Counted from the stretch's first letter, positions 18,965 through 29,826 are shown. The stretch is 64,000 nt of DNA from Promethearchaeota archaeon (GCA_019057795.1 JAHLWS010000005.1:1-64000), one strand, 5' to 3'. The notes: a model not told the origin generated them from the letters alone. A program made the numbers and translations.

Positions 18965-21556
18965 TTATCTCTTCAAAGTAAATTTCTTATTTAATTCGTG
19001 AAATTTAGCTTCAAAATCCCACCAATTCATATTTAAATATTTTATGCGATCTTCAAAGCAGTAAAATAATAATATACCCAAACCTTTATACCAAATTTCT
19101 TTATCCAAACCTTCGGGTGTGTCAAGACGTTCAAAGAGTGGATGCAGTACATTAATGTATATTGTTTTTTCCTCTGGTTTAAAATAAGCTATGTCTTTTT
19201 CATCAGGATCAGGTATATATTTAATTTTAAGTGTTTTTCTTTCTTTCTCAGGTTTATCCTCTAGAATAATACTCTTTATTAATAATTCTTCTAATTCAGG
19301 AAATGATTTTTCATGAGGTTCTTCAAAATTCCATTTAGCTGAAATTGTGTACTCCCTTTTTCTTAAATCACTATAATCTATTTCTTTTACTGGAAACTTT
19401 AAATAACCTTCCTCATTGATATTAAGAAGATACTCATAATCTTTTCTTGTTTCACTTTCCGCTATTAAACTTACTCTTAATTTCCCTTTCATCTCACTGA
19501 CATAAGGATTTCTAATATGAATAATAGGACATTTATCAATTGTATTAATTTGTATTGATTTAAGGCTTTTTTCAACATAAATTGGAGTTTTAATTGTCTC
19601 GATAAGTTCATTATCTTTTTTGACATTTAATGCATATTCATATTTTCCCCTTTTTTCTTTTTTTTTAATTTCAGTATCAAAAATTTGACTGCTTAATTTT
19701 GTATATGATTTTAATTTTGAATTCTGAATAATTTCCCATTCAGTATCAGTTTCATGTTTTCTCTTAAATTCTAATTCTATTGGAAAGGGAACTCCAGAGA
19801 AGTTGCATTTAACATTTATTCGAAATGGTTGTCCTCTTAAGACTAATTTTGGATCCACACCTTCTATTTTCATTCTTTCCAGTATTTTATTAAAGTTAAA
19901 AAATTTTGTCTTGATATCAATACGTTGATTTTTTATATCTTTTAAAATTATATTGATTTTATATTTGCCTCTCTTGTGTTGATATTTTGGTTTTTTTGAT
20001 AGATTTATTCCTGGATATTTGATTTCCTTCTCTTCTAAGGGTTTGAGTTTATCAACTTCTATTTCCTTTAATTCATCAAATACTTCGCAAAGCAGTTTAA
20101 CTTCATTTAACTCTGTTTCTGATACATTTTTTATGCTTGTAGTTATAATAAAGTCAGAGATTTGGTCATGTATAAATTCTGGTTCATATTCGATCTTCTT
20201 TATATATCGCTCTATAGTTGGAGGTTCTTTTATGTCACTTTCAGTATTATCAGAATACTCTTCATCTAATTTTCCCTCGTCAGCTACAATGTCGACGATA
20301 TCTTTTAAGCCTACTTCCTCTAAGAAATTTAATATATCTTTAGTTAATGTGTCTTTCCCTCCTAATGTTTTAAGTCCTCCTATTTCCTGACTAAAAGCAA
20401 TTTTTAAGTTAATACAATGTGTTCTTATTGTATCTCTTAAAGTAGGTTCAATTTGATGAAAACCAGCATGAGTAGATTTTTCAAACTTTTTCAAAGCTGT
20501 CGAATTAATTTCTCCAATGATTTGATAATCATTCCTCCCTAGAGATATTTCATTTGGAAATATCTTTACTACTCTGTCATTTACGAGTATTCTAATACCG
20601 TCAAAAATATCCTTTGTATGACATTTATCACGTAATTCAAATAAATCATTCGTTTTCACAATACCAATTCTAAAGTTATCAACAGTAAAATTATTACTAC
20701 TTTTTCCCCTCCCAGTCCCCCATGTTTCAGGATTCTTCCTGATAATCGGCTTTAAGATACCCTTCTCTATTAATTCAGGATTATCAAATTTCTCAAAAAT
20801 AATTTCTTCTTGTATCCCTTCATTTTTAATTGATAAACAAATTTGTATTTCAGATCTATTAATAAATTTATAATATCTTGAATAAAGAACATTCCTAATA
20901 GCTGAAGAAAAATCAGAAATTACAAGTTCTTCAAGTCGATCACTGATATATTTCTTTAGTTTACCTTTATCTTCTTTAGAAAATAATTTAAAAATCCAAA
21001 CAGAACCATAGTTATTTTCAAGTTCATCCCCATTTGGGATATCCCATTTTTTATATACATCATCAGATTCTTCGTAAGCAAAGGGATTTGGATCTAAATA
21101 ATTCCCTATTTTATCAGTTACCCATGTGATTATCGAATATCCAGGATTTTCTGATTTATCTCTTGGATTTGAAAAAATTTTAATTTCCTTACAAAAAGCA
21201 AGCCAGGTTTTCCACCCCTGTCCAAAAGCCCCCCCTGATCTCCCCGTCATATCCTTAGTTTCTCCTCCAAACTTAAAAATACCTTCAATCCATTCTCGAT
21301 CAGTTATTCCATGGGTCCCTAATTGATAAAAAATGATCTGATTTTCTAAAAAGTCCAACACAATTTTAAGCTTAACATCATTATCATTAAAGTCTCTTCC
21401 AATTTCTATATCATCAAGAAAAGCATCAAAGAAATTTTGGAATTTTTCATCAACTAAAATCTCTGGTAATGGTTGATCATATCCTTTAGCAATATTATTT
21501 GCCTGTTTTGAAATGTTAATCTTAAATTTGCTTCTATGTGAAGAAATATCTGTCAC
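18965..21556 (-). CDS. MORC/GHKL-type ATPase-like protein with Ig/CARDB-like beta domains
   Basis: EKFQNFFDA (N box), LGTHGI, GAFGQGWK (G2 box); central beta-rich repeats (IKNVSETELNEV...LKPLEEKEI); C-terminal IYINVLHP. Confidence 0.65.
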   Translation of the reverse strand: MTDISSHRSKFKINISKQANNIAKGYDQPLPEILVDEKFQNFFDAFLDDIEIGRDFNDNDVKLKIVLDFLENQIIFYQLGTHGITDREWIEGIFKFGGETKDMTGRSGGAFGQGWKTWLAFCKEIKIFSNPRDKSENPGYSIITWVTDKIGNYLDPNPFAYEESDDVYKKWDIPNGDELENNYGSVWIFKLFSKEDKGKLKKYISDRLEELVISDFSSAIRNVLYSRYYKFINRSEIQICLSIKNEGIQEEIIFEKFDNPELIEKGILKPIIRKNPETWGTGRGKSSNNFTVDNFRIGIVKTNDLFELRDKCHTKDIFDGIRILVNDRVVKIFPNEISLGRNDYQIIGEINSTALKKFEKSTHAGFHQIEPTLRDTIRTHCINLKIAFSQEIGGLKTLGGKDTLTKDILNFLEEVGLKDIVDIVADEGKLDEEYSDNTESDIKEPPTIERYIKKIEYEPEFIHDQISDFIITTSIKNVSETELNEVKLLCEVFDELKEIEVDKLKPLEEKEIKYPGINLSKKPKYQHKRGKYKINIILKDIKNQRIDIKTKFFNFNKILERMKIEGVDPKLVLRGQPFRINVKCNFSGVPFPIELEFKRKHETDTEWEIIQNSKLKSYTKLSSQIFDTEIKKKEKRGKYEYALNVKKDNELIETIKTPIYVEKSLKSIQINTIDKCPIIHIRNPYVSEMKGKLRVSLIAESETRKDYEYLLNINEEGYLKFPVKEIDYSDLRKREYTISAKWNFEEPHEKSFPELEELLIKSIILEDKPEKERKTLKIKYIPDPDEKDIAYFKPEEKTIYINVLHPLFERLDTPEGLDKEIWYKGLGILLFYCFEDRIKYLNMNWWDFEAKFHELNKKFTLKR

Positions 21557-21824
21557 CCATTTTTATTTTCGATTTTAAAATTCTATAATTGAAATTTCTC
21601 ATTTTTTTTTTTAAATTATAATCAAATTTCCTTTTAACTTCTTCTATCGCAGATTTTATACTTTTAATAATTTTGTCTACTTCTTGTTGAGTATATTCAT
21701 AGATTTGGGGATTTGCACAATTTCCTAATATACGAAGTGACTCTAACACTCTTTGCGTACGAGGTGTTACTATTCGGATAAATTTCTCGTGTGGTGTTTC
21801 ATTTTCAATTCTTACTTTTACCAT
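21534..21824 (-). CDS. Small conserved helical protein of R-M/MGE loci
   Basis: ETPHEKFIRIVTPRT...LRILGNCAN...YEYT pattern recalled from mobile/R-M loci. Confidence 0.6.
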   Translation of the reverse strand: MVKVRIENETPHEKFIRIVTPRTQRVLESLRILGNCANPQIYEYTQQEVDKIIKSIKSAIEEVKRKFDYNLKKKMRNFNYRILKSKIKMGDRYFFT

Positions 21825-22246
21825 TATTTTTGTGAATCATATTAAGTGTTGGATTAGGTTTACATTATTAATGTGATCATTAGTATATAAATTTATTGTA
21901 TTAGATAATTATTAATGAGTATCTAATAAGATTTCATCGTATAGATAAATTTATTATATTTCTCTAAATATTATTAATCCTACTTTTTTATATAATAATA
22001 CTAGATCCTTTAGATATTCTTCCCAATATTTCTCTATTAACACAATATAAAAATAAATCTAATAATGTTAAAAAAATCTTAATTAATTTCTCAAACAAAA
22101 TTAACAAGAAAAATATTGATGATTTAAATATAATCATTTATTGAATTTCTAAAATTAAAATTTTTTTCTTTATATACTAAAAAATATGGATTATTTACGG
22201 TCTAATAGAAAAATGTTAATTAGATATTAGTATCCCTTATCACAGA

Positions 22247-23180
22247 ATGAATATATATAAAGCCATAGATCTTTTCGCGGGCATCGGCGGTATTCGTTTA
22301 GGATTCGAACAGGCTTTCAAAGATCAGATAAATTTTGTGTTTTCATGCGAAATAGATGAGTATTGCCGCAAAACATACTTTAACTGGTTTTCCGTGTCAG
22401 GCATTTTCTATAGCAGGATATCGGGAGGGATTTAACGACGAAAGAGGAAATTTGTTTTTCTATATTAGAGATATTATTAGAAAAAAACAACCAATTTCAT
22501 TTTTTTTAGAAAATGTAGATAATTTAATTACACATGATAAAGGTCGTACATTTTCAATAATTAATAATATCCTTGAAAGTGAATTAAAATATTATATCCG
22601 CTATAAGATTTTAAACGCAATGGATTTTGGACTTCCACAGAGAAGAAAAAGAATATTTATAGTAGGATATAAGAAAAATTTAAGGTTTGAATTTCCTAAA
22701 GGCGATAGTGGAAATCCTATGGTTGATGATATTCTAGAAACCAAATTAGTTGATGAAAAATATTATCTTTCTCAACAATTATTAAACACGCTAAAAAATC
22801 ATAGAACACGTCATAAAGCAAAAGGACACGGATTCGGTTACCAGGTCATAGGGCGAAAGGAAGTTGCTAATACGATCGTCTGCGGCGGAATGGGAAAAGA
22901 GAGAAATTTGGTTAAAGATACCATAAAATACGATGGTAAATTAGATGAGTTTTTAAAAATTGTTGAGCTTGTGTTAAACAAAAAACCTCAAAATATCGAC
23001 CTTGAAATGAAAGATCAGTATAGGCTTAAAATGGATGTAATTATGTTAAAATATATCGGTTTGAATAAAAAAGATGTTATAATTCTTTATAACGATTTGA
23101 TCAATTTAGTGAAACAAAGAGAAGAGAGAGCAACAAGTATAAAACGCGAGAAAAAGAAAAAAAATAATAATAAAAATTGA
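22247..23180 (+). pseudogene. dcm: Frameshifted, chimeric C5 methyltransferase (copy 2)
   Basis: Motif I in 22247-22380, then a deletion/frameshift into GFPCQ; lacks motifs IX-X and has an unrelated C-terminus after KDTIKYD. Confidence 0.85.
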
Positions 23181-23327
23181 CACAAATATAAAAACCTTAA
23201 CTTCTACTCTGTTATTGAAAAACAGATAAATTGAATTAATAGAATTTAGCTTAGGTAAGACAAAAGTTTGAACCTTTTTTTTTTATTGAAAATACATAAA
23301 ATAAACAATTAAATCTAAAATCAGAAC

Positions 23328-25384
23328 ATGTTAATAGAAACATTATCAATTGAGAATTATCGCTCCATAAAGAAATTAACCATTAAAATAAAAAATAACT
23401 TTTTACAATTGATTGGAGAAAACAATTCAGGGAAAACAAATGTTTTTAGAGCTATAGAGTTATTCTTTAAAAGTTCTGTTGCTGGAATTACACAAGAAGA
23501 TTTTTTTCAAAAGACCATAAAAAACTCGATTAAAATATCAATAACATTTTTCAATTTAACCGAGTCGGAAAATTCATTTTTTCAAGATTTTTTATGTGAT
23601 AACAAACTAATTATACAAAAATTATATCGATGAGCGAAGAAACTGAAAAAGTTTCATCAGATTTTCTAATAACACGAGATCTTCCAGAAATCCCCCATTT
23701 TGATGGTAGTAAATTTGATAAATGGAGAGAAAATAGCGAAGCAATTATTAATTTTTTTAAGGAATATGATTATGAAGATAATATTAAAAGCGATAGAGGG
23801 ACTATAACTAAAGCAAGTGTAGAAAAAGCTATACCTCAATTTATTAAAGAAAAAGGTAATGAATGTGAAACGAAAAAAAAGGAGTGTAATACAAACCTAA
23901 AATGGAAAGATATTTCTAGCTACTTACCAGAAGTGTTATATATTGAGGCGACAAAAAAAATTTCGGAAGAAGTAAAAACATCTGAAAGAAGTAAATCAAT
24001 TTATAAAAAAATTTTAGAGAAAATAATTTTAAAAAGCATAGAGGACAATTTGGATGATTCAAAAATAATTAAAGAATTTAAAAAAAATCGCAACCAGCTA
24101 GAAACCCTTCTAAAAAAAGGAGAAGATGAAGAAGATAAACGGTTTGAAATAATTAAACAAATTGAAAGTAATTTATTGAAGAATTTAAATCAAAATATTG
24201 CTACAAAAAGCATAGAAATTAAGATTTTTCCCCCAAGATTGCAAGATTTTTTTTCGAATACGGATATAATAATTAATGATGGAATAGAAAGCTCAATAGA
24301 AAATAAAGGCGATGGGTTAAAAAGGTCATTAATTTTTTCTCTTTTTATTACCTATTCAGAATATCTAAAGAATAAAATAAAAGATAAAGGAATTTCAGAA
24401 GATAAACCATTTTTATTTTTAATAGAAGAGCCTGAATTATATTTACATCCCCAAGCACAGAAATCCCTTAGGGATATATTAATTCTAATATCTACTTACG
24501 ATCAAGTGTTTTATAGCACTCATAGTTCTAATTTCATTGATATAAGTAAATATTTATCAATAGGATTAACAATTAAAGAACCGATAGAAACGGGTACTCA
24601 AATAAGTTTTATTGAAAAAAAGTTATTTGAACCACAGATACAAAAAGAATATGAACTTTTAATGAGATTCAATCCTGAAAGAAACGAAATGTTTTTTGCA
24701 AAAAAAGTGGTATTAGTTGAAGGTAATGTGGAGAAAATTGTATTATCTCATGTTGCTGAGTTAATGGGTAAAAATTTTGATAAATTAAATTTCTCATTAA
24801 TAGAATGCGGTGGAAAAACTATGCTATCTTATTTTATCACGGTATTATCCTGTTATTCTAAACCGATTATCGTTATTCATGATATTGATCCGTTAACCCC
24901 TGTACAAGAAAAATCTGCAGATGAATTACGAGAGTTAGGATATGAAAATCGAAAGATTGAGCAAATTCAAGAGAAGAAAAGACGATTTAAGGATAATAAT
25001 AAGATTGATGATCTTATTTCAAAAGAACATAATAAAATTGGCTTAATTACAATAAATCCTAATTTTGAAAAATTAATCGGAATAACACAACACGGAGATA
25101 AAAAAACTCTTAAAGCTTTTAAATTTGCTAAAGATCTTTCAAAAGAAAATATTGACAAAGATTTACAAGAAATAATTGATTTTATTTTAGCTTTTCAAAT
25201 AGATAAAACTCGGCACGAGATTAAAAAATACGAAATTGATTGTATTTCAAACAATGAAGAAAGTCATCTTGAAGAAGAACTATTACCAACAGACGAAACT
25301 GTACATGATAAGCCTAATTTAAATCAGAAACCTAAAGTGAAATATAAAGAACAAGTTAATTTAGATAGTTTTTTTGAAAGTTAG
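23328..25384 (+). CDS. OLD-family ATP-dependent endonuclease (ABC ATPase + TOPRIM), split by a frameshift at about 23620
   Basis: IENYRSI and GENNSGKT in ORF1; KGDG, IEEPELYLHP, STHS, LVEG and DID TOPRIM motifs in ORF2; one extra A in the run at 23617-23621 fuses them. Confidence 0.85.
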
Positions 25385-25538
25385 CGTTAATAACGAATGA
25401 ATGAATTTTACTATAATTTAATTAATGTATATTTTAGATAATATAACTTCTTTTCAATGATTTAAACAAGTATTAGATATAAGTATAAGATAGTAAAATC
25501 TAATTTATTCTTTAATCAATTGACTATTAAAATTAATA

Positions 25539-26228
25539 GTGATTCAAATGGAGAAAAAAAGTGCTAAAGCTAAAATTCTGGAGTTATTTCAAGCGAATGC
25601 TAACAAGTGGATTCCTATAAATGATATTCAAAAGGTTGCTCAAATAAGTGAGTGGGCAAGAACGATTAGATTTCTAAAGGCGGAAGGATGGAAGATAGAA
25701 AAAAAAGGCGGCGGTAAAACTACAGAATATTGCCTTACATCTTTAGAAAAAAAGGAAGGTGTTGTGAGAGGACCTATAAATCCCAGAACCAGAGCAGGAA
25801 TTTTGCGTAGAGATGGTTATCGTTGTGTACACTGCGGAAAAAACCCTGAAGAGGATAATATCAAACTTGAAGTCGATCATATTATTCCTGTTGCATGGGG
25901 TGGAAAAACTGAGCCAAAAAATCTTCAATCATTATGTAGAAAGTGTAATCAAGGTAAGAAGAGCTATTTTTCTGATTTCAACGACGATGATGCTGTTAAA
26001 GATATAATAAAAGCACCATCTGGAACAGAAAAACTCCTACTAATAGGAGCAAAATTAATAGATCGTCCTTTAACTGTAGATTTTATAGGGACATTAGCTG
26101 GAATTCGCGATTGGACTCGCACTATTCGTTCTTTACGCCAAAAAGGTAGAATCAATTACAAATGGGACAGTAAAACCAACACTTACACATTTTTAGAAGT
26201 AAAAAAGAAAGAAAAAGAACGTCAATAG
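25539..26228 (+). CDS. HNH endonuclease flanked by two HTH-like repeats (likely REase partner of dcm)
   Basis: RDGYRCVHCG...LEVDHIIP...GGKT...NLQSLCRKCN; repeated WARTIR/WTRTIR. Confidence 0.85.
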   Translation: MIQMEKKSAKAKILELFQANANKWIPINDIQKVAQISEWARTIRFLKAEGWKIEKKGGGKTTEYCLTSLEKKEGVVRGPINPRTRAGILRRDGYRCVHCGKNPEEDNIKLEVDHIIPVAWGGKTEPKNLQSLCRKCNQGKKSYFSDFNDDDAVKDIIKAPSGTEKLLLIGAKLIDRPLTVDFIGTLAGIRDWTRTIRSLRQKGRINYKWDSKTNTYTFLEVKKKEKERQ

Positions 26229-26261
26229 AAATTATTTTAGAGGATAAACAAAACTTATTAA

Positions 26262-27596
26262 TCAAATTTTTGATGATACTTGCTCATCAATAAATTTATC
26301 TAAACTAATTTCGGTATTAGGTGTAATGAGTAATTTCGATATTATGTTATGAAACTTTCTTTTATCGGAGATATTTAACAACTTCTTTGATATTTGAATT
26401 TGATTTTTATTAATTTTACTAACTATCTTAAAAAGCTCCATTTTTCTCAATAAAAGTTCTATATCGTTAATTCTAAGATAATTCCTGTTAATGAAAGTAT
26501 GAATGGATGAAATAAACTTCTTACCAGTCTTAGGAATGTCTTTTTTCTCGTAAAGCTTTTCCAATAAAACAACAATTTCTTCAAATTCTTCTGAAATTTG
26601 AAGCTTTTTCATAATAATAGGATTTAATAAAGAATTTTTCATTTCTAAAGCTAAACTTTTTATTACGGGTACAGCAACGGAATTTCCGAGTTGTTTATAG
26701 GCTTTGGTCATTGATACAGGAAATTTAAACGAGTCGGGATAACCTTGAAGGCGAGCCCATTCGCGGGGAGTCATTTTTCTTATTCCTTCTTCGTTCCGTA
26801 ATTGAATGTCGTCACCTTCCTCTTTCCAGCAATTTGGTAATATTTTATCATAAACGAGATTTCTTTCTCTTCCCATACCTCCACATACAATAGTATTTGC
26901 TATACCATTGCGAGATTTCACTTCGTATCCGAATCCATTTCCTTTTTCTTCGTGTCGGGCTCGATGTTTTTTTAAACCGCTTAAATATTCGTGAGAGAGG
27001 TAATAAGAGCTTTTAACTTCTTTTTCTAATATATATTCAATCTTTACAGGAGTATTGAGTGGTTTTGGGAATTTAAAAGCAAGATTATTCTTAAATCCGA
27101 TAATAAAAATTCTTTCCCTATTCTGAGGCACACCAAAATCTTTCGCGTTGAGAATTTTTGTATGGATGTTGTAATTCAAATCTTTAGTAAGAACATCTTT
27201 AATTATTTGAAATGTTCTTCCTTTATCGTGATTTCTTAGGTGTTTAACATTTTCTAATAAGAATGCATCGGGTTGTTTTACTCTTAAAATCTCGGCTAAG
27301 TTAAAAAATAAAGTTCCTCTTATGTCGTTGAATCCTCGCTTCTCTCCCGCTATAGAGAATGCTTGACACGGGAAACCGGCAAGCAGAATGTCAAAACTCG
27401 GAATTTCTTTAGGATTTACCTTAGTGATGTCTCCTAGAGGATTTTCACCAAAGTTTTCTTGGTAAGTTTTACACGCGTAAGGATCTATCTCGTTAGCATA
27501 CACGAACTTGATCTTATCTTTAAACACTTGTTCAAAACCTAACCTTATGCCTCCAATCCCGGCAAATAAGTCAACAGCTCGAAAATTTTGGTTCAT
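26262..27596 (-). CDS. dcm: C5-cytosine DNA methyltransferase, M.HpaII-like (copy 3) with C-terminal extension
   Basis: All C5 motifs present; TRD ANTIVCGGMGRERNLV; about 110 aa extra tail. Confidence 0.95.
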   Translation of the reverse strand: MNQNFRAVDLFAGIGGIRLGFEQVFKDKIKFVYANEIDPYACKTYQENFGENPLGDITKVNPKEIPSFDILLAGFPCQAFSIAGEKRGFNDIRGTLFFNLAEILRVKQPDAFLLENVKHLRNHDKGRTFQIIKDVLTKDLNYNIHTKILNAKDFGVPQNRERIFIIGFKNNLAFKFPKPLNTPVKIEYILEKEVKSSYYLSHEYLSGLKKHRARHEEKGNGFGYEVKSRNGIANTIVCGGMGRERNLVYDKILPNCWKEEGDDIQLRNEEGIRKMTPREWARLQGYPDSFKFPVSMTKAYKQLGNSVAVPVIKSLALEMKNSLLNPIIMKKLQISEEFEEIVVLLEKLYEKKDIPKTGKKFISSIHTFINRNYLRINDIELLLRKMELFKIVSKINKNQIQISKKLLNISDKRKFHNIISKLLITPNTEISLDKFIDEQVSSKI

Positions 27597-27894
27597 TTAA
27601 AATTACCTCTTTTTCTGATCTTTTATTGCATGACTATATAAAAGAAAATTCTTAAGAATAGATTAATAAATCTTCGGTTATTAAATTTAAGAGACCGGCA
27701 TAACAGAAATTTACCAATTCATAAAGGTTTTGCTTCGCATTAACTAATTATCGTAAATCAAATTTTTTTAAATTTACTGTTAAAGAATATAATTTATAAT
27801 CAATGCGTAATTGTTACACGTCAGATAAGAGAATTCTTTAAAATGGGTTGTAATTATCTCAATAACAAAAACAAAAACAAAAAAATTCCAAGAA

Positions 27895-28536
27895 TTGATC
27901 CTAAACTGGGCGGATAATAATTTAGTTGAGTATCCGTGGCGAAATAAAAGGAATCCCTATAAAGTATTAATTAGTGAAATTCTCCTTACGCGAACAAAGG
28001 CTAAACAAGTCACTCCAGTATATAATGATTTTATGACAAAATATCCAACAATAAACCATTTCTTGAAAGCAGAATTAATTGATCTGAAAAAAATGTTAAA
28101 ATCCCTTGGTTTATTGTTTAGAGCCGAAATGCTAATAGAGCTTGCCTTTCAACTAAAAAAGGACTTTGATAATAAAATTCCAAACACCTTAGCGGAGTTG
28201 AAAACTCTAAAAGGAATAGGGGATTACGGAGCAAATGCAATATTATGCTTCGGTTTTAATGAGAGAAATCCATTATTAGATGTTAACTTCATCCGCATCT
28301 ATACACGAGTATTCGGTATAGAATCAAAAACAAAAACGCCGAAAACGGATAAATTCTTATGGGAAACTTCGAAAGAATTACTCCCCGATACTAATTACAT
28401 AAACTTCAACTACGGTGTATTAGATATGGGAGGAAATATTTGTTTGAATAGAATCCCAAAATGTACTATCTGCCCGATTAAGAAGTTATGCTTGTATTAT
28501 TCCAAATTCGGAGCGAAACAAGAGATAATAATCTAA
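27895..28536 (+). CDS. HhH-GPD glycosylase, Mig/TDG-like (T:G mismatch) or MutY
   Basis: YPWR, SEILLTRT, LKGIGDY, LLDVN, FCL motif CLNRIPKCTICPIKKLC; divergent from dcm. Confidence 0.85.
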   Translation: MILNWADNNLVEYPWRNKRNPYKVLISEILLTRTKAKQVTPVYNDFMTKYPTINHFLKAELIDLKKMLKSLGLLFRAEMLIELAFQLKKDFDNKIPNTLAELKTLKGIGDYGANAILCFGFNERNPLLDVNFIRIYTRVFGIESKTKTPKTDKFLWETSKELLPDTNYINFNYGVLDMGGNICLNRIPKCTICPIKKLCLYYSKFGAKQEIII

Positions 28537-28841
28537 CTAATAGGCTAAGTGAGTTATTGGTTTTTTATAAGTAATTAAAGTAGGTTTAATTATTAGCTCT
28601 TGTTACGCTCCAAAATGTAAAATATATTGTAAAGATCTTAAAAATCCTAAGTCAAGTAGTCATATAAATTTAAAATTTCACTAAGAAAAATTAAAAACAA
28701 CTGTTTTAATTTTAAATGTATTTAAGACTTATATTCAATTTTAAATTAAAAATAATTGGTTTTAATAATATTTTTATAATAACTATTATAGATTAGAAAA
28801 CGGGAATTTAATTTAAAAATTAAAATTCAGAGATAATTTTA

Positions 28842-29813
28842 ATGCCATTTATTTTTTATAGTAGTGCTGATGAAACCCTCGATAATTTAGTTTTTAGTAA
28901 AAATATTTGGGGAGTTAGGACGAGTCGAGTAAAACCAAGTTTAGAAAATAAACCCAATGAATTTCGACAGGGAGCAATAATAATTTGGTATTCTAGTGAA
29001 AGTGCTTCTTTTATTGGCTAATCAACAATAAAGCATGCTAATTTTTTCCCATCTGAGCACACTAGTGACAATGTCAGTGCTTTTGAATTAGAAGCTACTT
29101 CTAAATTTAAAACAAAATTAAGAAGAACTCCTCAAATTTATAACTTGATTTCAGATTTTAGTCTATTATTTAACAATTATAGAATTATAGATAATGAACT
29201 TTTTAATAAAATTATCTCTATAGCAAAAACACCAGAAATAGAGTCTATAGAACCTATAGAACATTCACATAATTCAATAGTGAATAATTTATTAAATATT
29301 GGAAAATTAATGGGCTATGAGGTTTGGGTGGCCAATGATCTAAAGAACAAAATTATAAATGAAAAAAGGCTAGGAGATCTTTCTGTTGATGACTTAAATC
29401 TTCCTGGGTTTGACAATTCTACATTAAATATTCTAAAAGCGATAGATGTAATTTGGTTACAACAAACATATATTATAGCCGCGTTTGAAGTAGAACATAC
29501 AACCTCGATATATGGTGGGTTGCTACGATTTTCTGATTTGTTTTTATGCCTTCCTAATTTAAAAATAAATGCATATATTGTTGCACCAAATAATAGAAAA
29601 AATGTGGTTGAAAAACAATTAAGTAGAATTACTTTTAAACAGATCTTTAATAATAATATTGCCAGCGTAGTTAACACTATTTATTATTCTTCTTTAAATC
29701 TTGGGGTTGAAATTGTTGAATCTGTATATAAAAGAGGAGGCCATTATAATGCAGAAAACTTTCTTATTCATTGTGTAAATGAAGAGTGGTATGATATCAT
29801 GGATCAGAGTTGA
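28842..29813 (+). pseudogene. EVE-like + PD-(D/E)xK modification-dependent nuclease interrupted by a nonsense codon
   Basis: ATG 28842 is in frame with the 29145 ORF; IWGV...GAIIIWY...FIG* (TAA 29019-29021); C-terminal IDVIW...FEVEHTTSIYGGLLRFSDL. Confidence 0.7.
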
Positions 29814-29826
29814 AAAAATTAAGATT

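Noticed and set aside
18996-19003. Extra TCGTGAAA core match
   Set aside because: It lies inside a CDS and lacks the A- or B-type extension; likely chance.
23328-26228. Gabija system
   Set aside because: An OLD/GajA-like gene is present but no UvrD-like GajB is adjacent.
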